Source of the DNA: Candidatus Methanoperedens sp.
Lineage (GTDB): Archaea; Halobacteriota; Methanosarcinia; Methanosarcinales; Methanoperedenaceae
DNA length: 32,000 bases
Direction of reading: 5' to 3'
Assembly (NCBI GenBank): GCA_041648475.1
Contig: JBAZOV010000006.1
Coordinates: forward strand, 29,503-61,502
Shown here: positions 1 through 9,701 of the stretch, one piece after another
Layout of the letters: the number at the start of each line of letters is the position of its first letter
Position numbering within the stretch: position 1 is the stretch's first letter
The notes under the pieces: model-generated
What the model was told of the DNA's origin: nothing
Database searches by the model: none
What the model saw: the letters and a program-made list of their open reading frames with translations, nothing else
Program-made: the position numbers and the translations under genes

Positions 1-108
1 ACACAATTCGGGCTCTGTAGAAAGCGTGCAAACATTCTCATAAACAATTTCTGTTTTGTCCCCGGTTTCAGCCTGCGTAAGAGCGATATCAATAGAACGT
101 CCTGTCAT
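1..108 (-). CDS. 5' end of an unidentified CDS running off the left edge (MTGRSIDIALTQAETGDKTEIVYENVCTLSTEPELC...)
   Basis: Hand translation of the minus strand from ATG (complement of 106-108) is stop-free to position 1. It is divergent from pcn. No motif recognised. Confidence 0.3.
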   Translation of the reverse strand, partial: MTGRSIDIALTQAETGDKTEIVYENVCTLSTEPELC

Positions 109-223
109 GTTTTGCAATAAATGCATAAGTTGGATATGAAAGTATCGACGCATTAATAGATAGAATAAAATAGATAGAAATACTTATTAAAGTCAAACAT
201 CATTTTGATAGAGGAGACGTATA

Positions 224-961
224 ATGTTTAAGGCAGTAATAGGCGCAGAAAAACTGAAAGATTCCATAGAATCAATATCAACACTCGTAGATGAAGCAAG
301 ATTCAGGCTTACACCGCATGGTTTATCAGTCAAGGCGGTAGATCCTTCGAATGTCGCCATGGTGAGTTTTGATCTTTCAAAAGATGCTTTTGATTCCTTT
401 GAAGCAACAGAAGGGGAACTGGGTATCGACCTGACGAAATTGAACGGGGTAATGGAAATGGCGGTTAATAGCGACGTTATCGAGCTTGAGCTTGATGAAG
501 CAGCACATAAACTCATAGTCAGGATGCGCGGGCTTGCATATACAATGTCACTTCTTGATCCCTCATCCATACGCAAAGAACCAAAAGTCCCGACCCTTGA
601 TCTTCCCGCCCATATAGTCATTCGCGGCGAGGATATAAAAAGGGCTGTAAAAGCTGCTGAGAAAGTCAGCGATTATATGACTATGGGAGTAAGGGGAAAT
701 GTATTCTTCATGGAAGCGGAAGGAGACACTGATAAAGTGCTTGTTGAATTGAATAAAGACCAGTTAATAGACTTACAGGCAACTGATGCGAAATCATTAT
801 TCTCACTTGATTACCTATCCGACCTTAGCAAGATACTTGCAAAATCCAATGAGGTTACAATAGACCTGGGAAAGGATTTCCCCCTGAAGATCAGGATCAA
901 AATCGCCCAGGGTCATGGAGATGTCAGTTATATGCTGGCACCAAGGGTTGAATCCGAATAA
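224..961 (+). CDS. pcn: DNA polymerase sliding clamp PCNA
   Basis: 245 aa, typical archaeal PCNA length and N-terminus (MFKAVI..AEKLKDSIESISTLVDEARFRLTPHGLSVKAVDPSNVAMV). GAGGAG lies 7 nt upstream of the ATG. Confidence 0.9.
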   Translation: MFKAVIGAEKLKDSIESISTLVDEARFRLTPHGLSVKAVDPSNVAMVSFDLSKDAFDSFEATEGELGIDLTKLNGVMEMAVNSDVIELELDEAAHKLIVRMRGLAYTMSLLDPSSIRKEPKVPTLDLPAHIVIRGEDIKRAVKAAEKVSDYMTMGVRGNVFFMEAEGDTDKVLVELNKDQLIDLQATDAKSLFSLDYLSDLSKILAKSNEVTIDLGKDFPLKIRIKIAQGHGDVSYMLAPRVESE

Positions 962-963
962 GC

Positions 964-1992
964 ATGGATGTTTTCAAATTTGCTTATTTTCCTTTTGTTA
1001 ATGCAGCAGCAAAATACGTAGAAGCACTGGATTTCAAACTTGATGAGCTTTTCACGGAGAGGGCTTTTGAACCTATAAGAGAAAGGGGAAAAAGCCGTGT
1101 ACTTGAAGCTATCGGGGATGGCATCAAGAGAAATGTAAATCCAGACGAAGGCAGCGCTAAAAAAGAACTTCTTTCGTATCCTGTGGCAAGAATTCTTGTC
1201 TCGTGCGTCAACGACAGCTATCTCATAAAACGATATGCACTTTCAGAAGCAAAATCAGCTTTTGAAAAGGTAAAAGAACTCCGGGATGATGAGATCAAGG
1301 AATTAGCGGCTGATTTCAATATTGACTCATCCATGGATAAGAAATTATTCGTCATTCATTTTACGGATTATATAAGATATGCAAATGTCATCCATGAACC
1401 AAAATGGAAGCTCGTTAACCGCAATATGGACCGGGGAAAAGTGTCACTTTCCAGGGAAGATTTCTCCCGTATCATGGAAGAAGCCATCAGGAAAAGGATC
1501 GAATCCGGTTTGCCTGCCGCAGTTCCTCCTGAAATATGCGAGTCACTCCGGCAATATCTTGAAGATATCCGAAATGCCCTTACTGTGCGAAAATCCGAGT
1601 TCAATATTGAGGAATTCAAGGAGATAATGCCCGATTGTTTCCCGCCATGCGTGGTACATGCATTATCAAATGGCCAGGCTGGAGTGAATCTTGCGCACTC
1701 GATGCGTTTCGCTCTTGTTTCATTCCTGCTTAATATCGGGATGAACGTTGAAGGAATTATTGAACTCTTCAAGGTCTCGCCTGATTTTGATGAGGAGCGC
1801 ACGCGATACCAGGTCAATCATATCCACGGAGCCACAGGCACGGCATATACATCCCCGTCATGCGCAACCATGACAACTTATGGTAATTGCTTCGGTAAAG
1901 TTGCGCTCTGCGACAGGATTTCGCATCCGCTTTCGTATTACAGGAAGAAGGCATGGCTATTGAAGAAAGGAAATAAGTCACCAGGCGATTAA
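964..1992 (+). CDS. priL: DNA primase large (regulatory) subunit PriL
   Basis: 342 aa, starts 3 nt after pcn. C-terminal Cys pattern (CFPPC ... SPSC ... NC ... LC) fits the Fe-S domain of archaeal/eukaryotic PriL. Confidence 0.85.
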   Translation: MDVFKFAYFPFVNAAAKYVEALDFKLDELFTERAFEPIRERGKSRVLEAIGDGIKRNVNPDEGSAKKELLSYPVARILVSCVNDSYLIKRYALSEAKSAFEKVKELRDDEIKELAADFNIDSSMDKKLFVIHFTDYIRYANVIHEPKWKLVNRNMDRGKVSLSREDFSRIMEEAIRKRIESGLPAAVPPEICESLRQYLEDIRNALTVRKSEFNIEEFKEIMPDCFPPCVVHALSNGQAGVNLAHSMRFALVSFLLNIGMNVEGIIELFKVSPDFDEERTRYQVNHIHGATGTAYTSPSCATMTTYGNCFGKVALCDRISHPLSYYRKKAWLLKKGNKSPGD

Positions 1993-2044
1993 TTTATATG
2001 CATTGTCTACTTAACTGAGAAAAAAGTTAACAATCGGTGAAAAT

Positions 2045-2677
2045 ATGTCGCAATTCGCAAACGGTTTCAAGGATATTTTTATTAAATACGAATCCGCCAA
2101 ACATGATTTCTTCAAATGGCGGTCTGAATCAAAATTAGTGAACAAACTTGTACTTGCTCTTGGTTTTGCATGTCTCACAGGCATCCTTGCCCAATTGAGG
2201 TTCTATCTTCCCTATACTCCGGTGCCAGTCACAGGCCAGGTTTTTGCGGTTCTCCTTTCAGGGATTGTTCTTGGAAAATGGTACGGAGGCGTAAGCCAGG
2301 GATTATATGCTGCAATAGGCGCTGCCGGAGTTCCATGGTTCACAGGTGGAAAAGCAGGTCTTGAAATCCTTACAGGTGTTACAGGGGGCTATATTTTAGG
2401 ATTCATTGCAGCTTCTTTGATCATCGGCTGGTTTACCGACACTTTCATGAAATCAAGAAACTTTGCTGGCATATTAAGTATTATGATGCTTGGCATTGTG
2501 GTAATTTATGTTTTCGGAGTTGTCCAGTTATCGATCGTACTTGGAGTAAATGCCGAAAAAGCAATTGAACTTGGCGCTTTACCATTCATAGGTGTTGATA
2601 TATACAAGGCATTGATCGCGTCTGCTATGGCTGTGGCAATTTTGCCGGGAAAAGCATCCGGATATTCAAAGAATTGA
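2045..2677 (+). CDS. bioY: BioY-family biotin transporter S component
   Basis: 210 aa polytopic membrane protein with the BioY-like core 'PYTPVPVTGQVFAVLLSGIVLGKWYGGVSQGLYAAIGAAGVPWF'. Confidence 0.8.
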   Translation: MSQFANGFKDIFIKYESAKHDFFKWRSESKLVNKLVLALGFACLTGILAQLRFYLPYTPVPVTGQVFAVLLSGIVLGKWYGGVSQGLYAAIGAAGVPWFTGGKAGLEILTGVTGGYILGFIAASLIIGWFTDTFMKSRNFAGILSIMMLGIVVIYVFGVVQLSIVLGVNAEKAIELGALPFIGVDIYKALIASAMAVAILPGKASGYSKN

Positions 2678-3168
2678 ATCTTATTGAGCCAGATGTTTAT
2701 GAAATCACCAGGCATCGCGCCATTCTGTCAGCATAGCTGTTTGGTGTCACGTCCACCGCATCGTGACGCTCTGGGAATCAAACCGAGTCGATGCGTGCCG
2801 AGGTTTCCATAGAAAAAAGAGTTCTGGCAATTTGAATCCGCAGATTACACAGATTTGCGCAGATACAAAATCCATTCCGGCGCAAATATTTATCGTAAAA
2901 AGCACTCATGCGACGGTGTATAAGTCGCATCGAAGTTCGTTTCAGCCAACCATTTCTTGAACGCCATGTTATCACCATGAAAGAATTAATAGGTGAAATG
3001 AGCTATTATTATTAATATACCAAGAATCAGAGTTGATAATATGTATTATAGTCTCATTCGATCCAACAAATTAATGAAATGTATCTTTGACCATAGTATC
3101 ACTAAATTCAGTATTAGTAAAGCTATCTATCTATAGATTACTACTCTATGAGTACTGATGGCATTAAT

Positions 3169-3744
3169 CTATAGCACGCCTTTTGTGCTGGGGATACCAG
3201 AACCTGTGACTGTGACGGCTTTCTTTAACGCTATCCCGAAAGCCTTGAACAGCGCTTCTGCCTTGTGGTGGTCATTATCTCCTGATACATCAAGGTGTGC
3301 ATTAATTCCAGCATTTGCGGTCAGGGACTCAAAAAAATGCCGCACATTCTGGGATGTAAGACCGCCAATATTCGGATTTGTGAATTTTGCATTTAAAACA
3401 AGAAAACTGCGTCCGCTGATATCGACTGCTGCTGATGCAAGTGCCTCATCCATGGGAACGCAGGCATCTGCAAAACGCTCAATGCCTTTTTTATCTCCAA
3501 GAGCTTTAACGATGGCGCTGCCAAGTGTAATGCCTACGTCTTCAACCGTATGGTGATCATCTACCGTGAGGTCGCCGCGGGCTTTTATCGTAAGGTCAAA
3601 GGAACCATGTCTTGCAAAAGATTTTAGCATATGGTCAAAAAATACTATCCCTGTATTGATATCTGAATTACCTGAACCGTCAAGATTGATCTTTAGTTCG
3701 ATGTCTGTCTCGTTCGTTTTTCTCGATAATTTGGATTCCCTCAT
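3169..3744 (-). CDS. hisB: Imidazoleglycerol-phosphate dehydratase
   Basis: 191 aa with IGPD signatures 'RKTNETDIELKINLDGSG', 'FFDHML', 'DDHHTVEDVGITLG', 'DNDHHKAEALFKAFG'. Confidence 0.93.
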   Translation of the reverse strand: MRESKLSRKTNETDIELKINLDGSGNSDINTGIVFFDHMLKSFARHGSFDLTIKARGDLTVDDHHTVEDVGITLGSAIVKALGDKKGIERFADACVPMDEALASAAVDISGRSFLVLNAKFTNPNIGGLTSQNVRHFFESLTANAGINAHLDVSGDNDHHKAEALFKAFGIALKKAVTVTGSGIPSTKGVL

Positions 3745-3881
3745 GGATGGATTATATTATTTGGGCTTGATATAAAGGTATTGCAACAATGCCGCAACTT
3801 TTTAAAAGGTGAAAGAACAATCCATCACAATACTTATTATAATGAGTTATTATATAGGATAATAAGGACAGAAAGATCAAA

Positions 3882-5390
3882 ATGAAAAAAATTCTTGTTG
3901 TTGATGATGAACCTTTTAATGTTGAAATTCTCAAGGGACTTCTTTCAAAAAATTATTGTGTAGAGACTGCAGCAAATGGGGAAGAAGCGTTTACAAAAGT
4001 AAAAGAGAGTTCTCCTGATTTGATACTTCTTGACGTGATTATGCCGGAAATAGACGGCTATGAAGTTTGCAGACAGCTTAAAAGCGATCAAAAAACTATG
4101 AACATACCGATCGTAATGGTGACCTGCCTGACTGACCGAAATGACCGGATAAAGGCGATCGAGGCAGGAGCGGACGATTTTTTAAGCAAGCCTATAGATT
4201 GGATTGAATTAGGTGCAAGAGTGAAGTCACTGCTTAAGATAAAGCAGTACCTTGAAGATTTAGAAGATAGCAAGAACAGGTACATTAAACTTTATGATTT
4301 TGCTCCGGCCGGGTACTTTACCTTCACCCGTGATGGTTTGATCCGGGAGGTTAACCTCTCAGGTGGTGTGATTATAGGACTTGCACGCCAGGAACTGATG
4401 AAACGCGAATTCAGGACCTTTGTGGTGCCAGAAGATCTTGAATTGTGGGGCCGCCAGATATCAGGCGCATTAAATAATAGGGATGAGCAAAGCTGCGAGC
4501 TTACTCTCAAACGAGAGGATGGTTCCAGGCTATTTGTCCGACTGAACAGTATCTTAATGGAGACCAAGGATGGTACCCCGGAGATCCTTACTGCAATAAC
4601 AGACATCACGCAGCTCAAAAAAACTGAAACTGAACTTAAGAGAGCAGATGAACTTAAAACGCAGTTTTTAAGTGTTATTTCCCATGAGATGCGAACCCCT
4701 CTTACTCCGATGAATGCCCAGCTCCAGATGATGCTTGCAGGATACTTTGGAGAGATTACGGAAAAACAAAGAAACAGTCTTGAGATGATCATGAGAAATA
4801 CAGGACGGCTTGACAGGCTGATCGGCGACGTCCTTGACTTTTCCAAACTCGAATCCGGCGTTATGAAATTCAATATGGTTCCTGCCAGCATGAACGAAAT
4901 AGTTCAAAATGCAGTTGAAACCCTGAAAATCCACGCATTGAATAAGAACCTGAAAATTATATTGAAAGAAGAAAAAATTCCTCCGATAACAATCGATAAA
5001 GATAGGATCACCCAGGTCATCCTGAACCTGATACATAATGCCATCAAATTTACAGACGCGGGAGGAGTAATAGAAGTTGAATTATCATGCAATGCCGAAA
5101 ATGTTACAGTAAAAGTTAAAGATACCGGGATTGGAATTGGAAAAGAGGATATAGATAAGCTATTTAAGCCATTCCAGCAGCTGGATTCAAGTTATGGGAG
5201 AAAATATGAGGGATCAGGCCTTGGGTTGGTTATCTGCAATCGCATAATCATTAACCACGGTGGAAAGATCGGGGTGGAAAGTGAGTTTGGACAAGGCACT
5301 GTGTTTATATTTTCAATCCCATTTATTCATGAAGTCAAAGAAGAGAAGGTTGAGTCAATTATGTTCGAAGATACAAAAAGTGAGGTTTAA
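3882..5390 (+). CDS. Hybrid sensor histidine kinase (REC-PAS-HisKA-HATPase)
   Basis: N-terminal receiver ('ILVVDDEPFN', 'DLILLDVIMPEIDG', 'DDFLSKP'), H-box 'FLSVISHEMRTPLT', ATPase G-boxes 'DTGIGI' and 'GSGLGL'. Confidence 0.85.
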   Translation: MKKILVVDDEPFNVEILKGLLSKNYCVETAANGEEAFTKVKESSPDLILLDVIMPEIDGYEVCRQLKSDQKTMNIPIVMVTCLTDRNDRIKAIEAGADDFLSKPIDWIELGARVKSLLKIKQYLEDLEDSKNRYIKLYDFAPAGYFTFTRDGLIREVNLSGGVIIGLARQELMKREFRTFVVPEDLELWGRQISGALNNRDEQSCELTLKREDGSRLFVRLNSILMETKDGTPEILTAITDITQLKKTETELKRADELKTQFLSVISHEMRTPLTPMNAQLQMMLAGYFGEITEKQRNSLEMIMRNTGRLDRLIGDVLDFSKLESGVMKFNMVPASMNEIVQNAVETLKIHALNKNLKIILKEEKIPPITIDKDRITQVILNLIHNAIKFTDAGGVIEVELSCNAENVTVKVKDTGIGIGKEDIDKLFKPFQQLDSSYGRKYEGSGLGLVICNRIIINHGGKIGVESEFGQGTVFIFSIPFIHEVKEEKVESIMFEDTKSEV

Positions 5391-5393
5391 GAT

Positions 5394-5759
5394 ATGACAA
5401 AAATAATGATCGTTGATGACAACAGGGATATTGCGCAGACTTTAAAGACAATAATGGAGATGGAAAATCATAAAACAGAGGTCGCATACAATGGTGAGGA
5501 GTTCCTGGGTAAAGTTGATGCAGTAAAACCCGACCTCGTGCTGCTTGATGTGATGATGCCTGGCCTGAAAACAAAAGATATCCTCACCAGATTAAAAGAA
5601 AAAGGATTAGGGGATCTTAAAATAATGCTCGTTTCAGTTGTCAGGTTCTCAGATGAGGAAAAACATATATTGAAGAGCGAGTTCAATATTAAAGATTATG
5701 TAACAAAACCATTCGATGTGACAGATCTCGTGAATCGGGTAAGAAATACACTCAGGTAA
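5394..5759 (+). CDS. Single-domain response regulator (receiver only)
   Basis: 121 aa with 'IMIVDDNRD', 'DLVLLDVMMPG', 'DYVTKPF'. Starts 4 nt after the kinase gene. Confidence 0.85.
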   Translation: MTKIMIVDDNRDIAQTLKTIMEMENHKTEVAYNGEEFLGKVDAVKPDLVLLDVMMPGLKTKDILTRLKEKGLGDLKIMLVSVVRFSDEEKHILKSEFNIKDYVTKPFDVTDLVNRVRNTLR

Positions 5760-5763
5760 AATC

Positions 5764-6381
5764 ATGAAAGAAGGTTTTGAAATTGTTGCTGTGAATTACT
5801 GGAAATCTGTAAATAATGAGATCAAGCGAATACTGCTGGATTTCTGGAATACATTTCTGCTGATCCATGATTCAATGGATTTTGCCGACATTGTTGGTTT
5901 TCTTAACAAGATGCCAAATCCCGGGAAAATTATGTATATTTCATTGACAAAATCAAATGATTCAATGAAACCACACCTGAAAGATCTAAAGTCGAAGATA
6001 TTTATTATCGATTGCGTCTCAAGTATGATATTTGAAAAAAAGGCAAGTCAGGATTGCCAATTTGAGCCAACTCCGGCCAGCTTGAATGATATGATGGAAT
6101 TGATCGAAAAATATATACAGATCATAAAGCCAGATCTTATCGTAATAGATTCTTTTTCGCAATTTATTGATTATTCATCAATTTCGATGCACAGGGGAAA
6201 AGAATCACATGAATTCCTGGAGCAATTGAAAAATAAATATGCCAGGACACCTTACAGGTTTCTTTTACTTTATGATAACGTCCTTTCAAAAGATCTTGTA
6301 AATTTACCATTTACCAGTGTGGATGTAATCCTCAAGTATGAACTATTAACAAGGAGAAAGGATAAGATGGACCGCTTTTGA
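5764..6381 (+). CDS. Hypothetical protein, possibly a degenerate KaiC/RecA-like fold without an intact Walker A
   Basis: 205-aa ORF tightly following the receiver gene. 'PNPGKIMYISLTKS' and 'DLIVIDSFSQF' resemble P-loop/Walker B strands, but the GKT/S is missing. Confidence 0.45.
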   Translation: MKEGFEIVAVNYWKSVNNEIKRILLDFWNTFLLIHDSMDFADIVGFLNKMPNPGKIMYISLTKSNDSMKPHLKDLKSKIFIIDCVSSMIFEKKASQDCQFEPTPASLNDMMELIEKYIQIIKPDLIVIDSFSQFIDYSSISMHRGKESHEFLEQLKNKYARTPYRFLLLYDNVLSKDLVNLPFTSVDVILKYELLTRRKDKMDRF

Positions 6382-6481
6382 AAACGTAAAAAACCAACCA
6401 AGCTAAAGCTTTTTATGCTCAGTTGAGAATATATTATTAAAAGAGAAATAAATCAGGATTAATTATATAAGAGTTAAAATT

Positions 6482-7174
6482 ATGCTTCGCCAGAGATTTG
6501 TTCTAGATACAAGCGCCCTTACTGATACACAGACACGAGAGCTTGAGGGAGGAACGCTTGACATTGCAATGGGGGGTATCCTTGATATTATTGCAGAGGG
6601 GCGGCTGCATCTTGGCATTAGCTGCTATATCCCCTATCCTTCAGTTTATACCGAAATGAGGGAATTTGCAAAAAATAACGGATGCGGCGAGGATACACTG
6701 GCCAAGATGGATACATGGCTTGTGAAAAAAACACCTGACCGGTATGAAGTGAAGATCCCTTCAAAGATATTTTACGATTATGTGGATTTCATGCGCGGGC
6801 GCATCAATAAAGGCATGAATGTGGCAGAGGATGCTATATGGGAATCGGCAACCGAATGCCTTTTTAGGACTACAAAAGCAAAGACAAGGCATGAGATTGA
6901 ACCGGAAATTGAGCGCAACGTGATAGGCGGAGTCATAAATTCATTCCGTGATAAGTACAGGAATGCATTGCGTTACGGTATCCTTGACAGCGCGCCTGAT
7001 ATTGATGTGCTGCTGCTTGCTAAAGAGCTTGATGCAGCGGTGGTGGCAAGCGATATGGGTATACAGAAATGGGCCGAGCAGCTTGGACTTCGTTTCGTTG
7101 AAGCAAAATCCTTCCCTGCTATGATGAAAGAATATTTGAAAAGGATAAAGCCTGAAAAAATGAATAGTATTTGA
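6482..7174 (+). CDS. PIN-domain protein of the UPF0278 / HARP (protein-only, RNA-free RNase P) family
   Basis: 230 aa. N-terminal '[10 protein letters not shown]' and C-terminal '[31 protein letters not shown]' are PIN acidic strands. Length and layout match the archaeal HARP family as I recall it. Confidence 0.6.
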   Translation: MLRQRFVLDTSALTDTQTRELEGGTLDIAMGGILDIIAEGRLHLGISCYIPYPSVYTEMREFAKNNGCGEDTLAKMDTWLVKKTPDRYEVKIPSKIFYDYVDFMRGRINKGMNVAEDAIWESATECLFRTTKAKTRHEIEPEIERNVIGGVINSFRDKYRNALRYGILDSAPDIDVLLLAKELDAAVVASDMGIQKWAEQLGLRFVEAKSFPAMMKEYLKRIKPEKMNSI

Positions 7175-7190
7175 TTTGGTTTGATATAAA

Positions 7191-7511
7191 ATGATATATA
7201 TTTACATTGCAGCATTTGGATTTATTTCTATAATGTTCCTCACCCTCAGGGATATCCGTATATACCGGCGCACGAAGTTGGATTCATACAGGAAAGGAGC
7301 ACTTCGCGGGATGCTTATGGGCGCACTGGCATTGTTAGGGATGAATTTTACAGGAAATTCCGGGTTTGAATCCGTTGGGCTTACGATCGTTCTTGTCGCT
7401 GTATATTTCAATAATAAAGGCAAACGAGAAGACGTTTTTGGGGATGCACCACTGATGAAGAGGGTGCTTGGTGAGACTACTGTGAAAAAACAGGACACCA
7501 AAACTATTTGA
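7191..7511 (+). CDS. Small membrane protein (about 3 predicted TM segments), unknown function
   Basis: 106-aa ORF with hydrophobic stretches 'IYIYIAAFGFISIMFL', 'GMLMGALALLGMNF', 'VGLTIVLVAVYF'. It fills the gap between the flanking genes. Confidence 0.45.
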   Translation: MIYIYIAAFGFISIMFLTLRDIRIYRRTKLDSYRKGALRGMLMGALALLGMNFTGNSGFESVGLTIVLVAVYFNNKGKREDVFGDAPLMKRVLGETTVKKQDTKTI

Positions 7512-7535
7512 TTCTATAACAACTACAAAAGGGCA

Positions 7536-8354
7536 ATGCTCACCAAACGAATAATCCCGTGCCTTGATGTAACGCTTGATAAAGCTGGCGGATGCGTTGT
7601 AAAAGGCATTGAATTTATTAACCTGAAAGAGGCGGGAGATCCTGTCCAGCTTGCCAAAAGATACAATGAACAGGGAGCGGATGAGCTTGTTTTTCTGGAT
7701 ATCACAGCATCTCATGAGCGCCGTGGAACCATGATCGATGTGATAGAACGCACCGCAGATGAGGTTTTTATCCCCCTCACGGTCGGGGGTGGGATCAGCA
7801 GCACCGATGCTATTCGCAATATCCTGCGTGCGGGCGCTGATAAGGTATCGATAAATACGGCAGCGGTCAAGAACCCTGATTTCATAAAAGAATCTTCAGA
7901 TATTTTTGGCTCCCAGTGTATTGTTACTGCTATTGATTGCAGGCGAAATACCAATATCATGGATAACAAGGACAAGACCATACTAGAGCTTGAAAATGGC
8001 ACAAAAGCATGGTATGAAGTCGTAATTTACGGCGGAAGAACGCCAACAGGTCTTGATACTGTGCAGTGGGCGCAAAAAGTTGAAAAACTCGGTTCCGGGG
8101 AGATCCTGCTCACGAGCATGGATAAGGATGGGACCAAAGATGGCTATGACCTCCCTATCACAAGAACTTTATCTGAAACGCTGGATATACCGATAATAGC
8201 ATCAGGCGGAGCAGGAAATATCGAGCATATGTATGATGCCTTCACAAAAGGAAAAGCAGATGCTGCGCTTGCTGCGAGTATTTTTCATTTCGGGGAATAT
8301 ACGATCGGTGAAGCTAAGGAATATTTGAAGATGAAAGGGGTTGCAGTAAGGTGA
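7536..8354 (+). CDS. hisF: Imidazole glycerol phosphate synthase cyclase subunit
   Basis: 272 aa with 'KRIIPCLDV', '[13 protein letters not shown]', 'PLTVGGGI', '[12 protein letters not shown]', '[18 protein letters not shown]', 'PIIASGGAG'. Confidence 0.95.
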   Translation: MLTKRIIPCLDVTLDKAGGCVVKGIEFINLKEAGDPVQLAKRYNEQGADELVFLDITASHERRGTMIDVIERTADEVFIPLTVGGGISSTDAIRNILRAGADKVSINTAAVKNPDFIKESSDIFGSQCIVTAIDCRRNTNIMDNKDKTILELENGTKAWYEVVIYGGRTPTGLDTVQWAQKVEKLGSGEILLTSMDKDGTKDGYDLPITRTLSETLDIPIIASGGAGNIEHMYDAFTKGKADAALAASIFHFGEYTIGEAKEYLKMKGVAVR

Positions 8355-8463
8355 GTCTACAACGAACTCAAAACTAACACAAATATTTTTAACTATCCGG
8401 CGCGCCAGGCAGACGTTGGGGCTGCCGCAAAATTATAAGTACAATCAAAACTTATACCAAACC

Positions 8464-8724
8464 ATGACACAAAGATCAAAAAGACCTGGAATAACCGGAC
8501 GAAAAAGCACGGCGCTGAAGAAATGTATTAAAGCGCCGCTTGAGGATATCCCGCCATTTCATATTATGGATAAAAAGGATCTTGAAAAAGAGTTATCTCG
8601 AATTGAAACGGAATTCGGGATGGCACCAGAAGAGTTCCATAAAGCATGGAGAGAGGGTAAAGTACATGGGCATGAGGCTATGAAATTGGGCTGCTATTAT
8701 GAATTCTACAAGGATGAGTATTAA
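8464..8724 (+). CDS. Hypothetical small protein
   Basis: The ORF track starts at TTG 8416; the first ATG is at 8464. The basic N-terminus and helical C-terminus ('EEFHKAWREGKVHGHEAMKLGCYYEFYKDEY') match no family I recognise. Confidence 0.35.
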   Translation: MTQRSKRPGITGRKSTALKKCIKAPLEDIPPFHIMDKKDLEKELSRIETEFGMAPEEFHKAWREGKVHGHEAMKLGCYYEFYKDEY

Positions 8725-8740
8725 TGAGTTTATAAAATAT

Positions 8741-8965
8741 TTAAATAAGTTTGTATAAATCATCAATTGTTATTTCTGAATCTCTCAATAATTTTCTGAG
8801 TAAACCTTTTCCGATCACTTTATGGTTTGGTATGGAAAGCGGATTTTTTGAACTATCTGATTGATGCTTCATTCGAATATGGCTGCCGGTTTGCCTGACC
8901 GTAACATAGCCCAATTTTCCAAATGCCTTTACTGCATCTTTACCAGATATGACAGGTAATTTCAT
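8741..8965 (-). CDS. hicA: HicA-like mRNA interferase toxin
   Basis: 74 aa with 'SGKDAVKAFGKLGYVTVRQTGSHIRMKH' (YcfA/HicA dsRBD-like fold with conserved His). 4-nt overlap with the upstream hicB. Confidence 0.8.
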   Translation of the reverse strand: MKLPVISGKDAVKAFGKLGYVTVRQTGSHIRMKHQSDSSKNPLSIPNHKVIGKGLLRKLLRDSEITIDDLYKLI

Positions 8966-9207
8966 GCTTCGACTGCTACCGTATGGAAACTGAATTCCTG
9001 GATATGTGCAATATTAGAAATTTCGTCCTCGCTCTCTTCTTCAAGACACATTTCTATTACTTCACGTATATTCTTGAGAGCTTCATCAAGAGTCTCTCCT
9101 TGAGAATAACAACCTTTTAAGAGTGGACATTCTACCACATAAAAACCATCTTCGTCTTTTTCAACAATTACAGGTAAAGTGATTTTCGTGGATTTTTTCC
9201 TTGCCAT
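8962..9207 (-). CDS. hicB: HicB-like antitoxin (UPF0150 type)
   Basis: 81 aa with 'LPVIVEKDEDGFYVVECPLLKGCYSQGETLDEALKNIREVIEMCLEE', the typical HicB N-terminal domain. Overlaps hicA. Confidence 0.8.
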   Translation of the reverse strand: MARKKSTKITLPVIVEKDEDGFYVVECPLLKGCYSQGETLDEALKNIREVIEMCLEEESEDEISNIAHIQEFSFHTVAVEA

Positions 9208-9351
9208 AATTGATTTGAAATGCTATTCCAAGATTTAAGGATGTCGTAAACTGGAATTTATCGCCCATTTGAATATAATATTATAATTTTGAACAATTTT
9301 GACATGATAGCAGGATCGACAGGATTTGTTTCGTCCTTTATGTTTTGAGAT

Positions 9352-9491
9352 TAGTTTGAATAGAACACGGATGACACGGATAAACTGAAACCTCAGTTTA
9401 CACGGTATAGGGCATGCTTTGCATGCCCTTCTTTTGATGATTAGACGGATTTTCACGGATAATGTGTATCCGTGTGCCCTTCTCGTGAAAC
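9352..9491. repeat. Structured CGGAT-rich non-coding element, copy A, upstream of cas8b
   Basis: Contains ACGGAT-gac-ACGGAT and ACGGAT-tttc-ACGGAT modules. It also has three perfect hairpins: 9382-9399 (7 bp), 9409-9429 (9 bp) and 9454-9474 (8 bp). Its first 30 nt recur at 15985-16014. Confidence 0.6.
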
Positions 9492-9701
9492 CTGAGCCAT
9501 CATCCCATGCAAGAACACTTTCACACCGCTCCAAAAAGATATATAAGGAAATGGGGCGTTTGGATAGTATCAGGCTGCGAAAGGGCGCGAGGCGTTTGTG
9601 GAATGGCGGTCGGAATATGGAAGGGTGAAAATGGAATGGGATTATGGAAATGAGGGCGCGGAAGAGGGCGGGCGAGTACCTATGAAAGAGGATGATTTGA
9701 A

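Noticed and set aside
2763-2978. Small overlapping ORFs (65 and 66 aa) in the bioY-hisB intergenic region.
   Set aside because: They have no motif, a poor start context and mutually overlap on opposite strands. The region carries CGCAGAT repeat motifs instead. A decayed gene fragment cannot be excluded.
193-5686. Antisense or out-of-frame ORFs overlapping well-supported genes, for example 193-621(-), 984-1211(-), 1368-1817(-), 3158-3556(+), 4292-4891(-), 4668-5036(-) and 5468-5686(-).
   Set aside because: Each is fully embedded in a gene with strong family motifs on the other strand or frame. Their translations are Ser/Leu/Arg-rich shadow ORFs.
7362-7373. GGGTTTGAATCC, a T-arm-like string suggestive of a tRNA.
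   Set aside because: It lies inside ORF 7191-7511, with no acceptor or anticodon stems foldable around it.
9385-9491. CTGAAAC (9385-9391) and GTGAAAC (9485-9491) lie exactly 100 nt apart and resemble the ATTGAAAC crRNA handle. I considered them as CreA-like pseudo-repeats.
   Set aside because: Only the last 6-7 nt match the repeat. The upstream 30 nt do not align with it, and the spacing does not fit a repeat-spacer unit.
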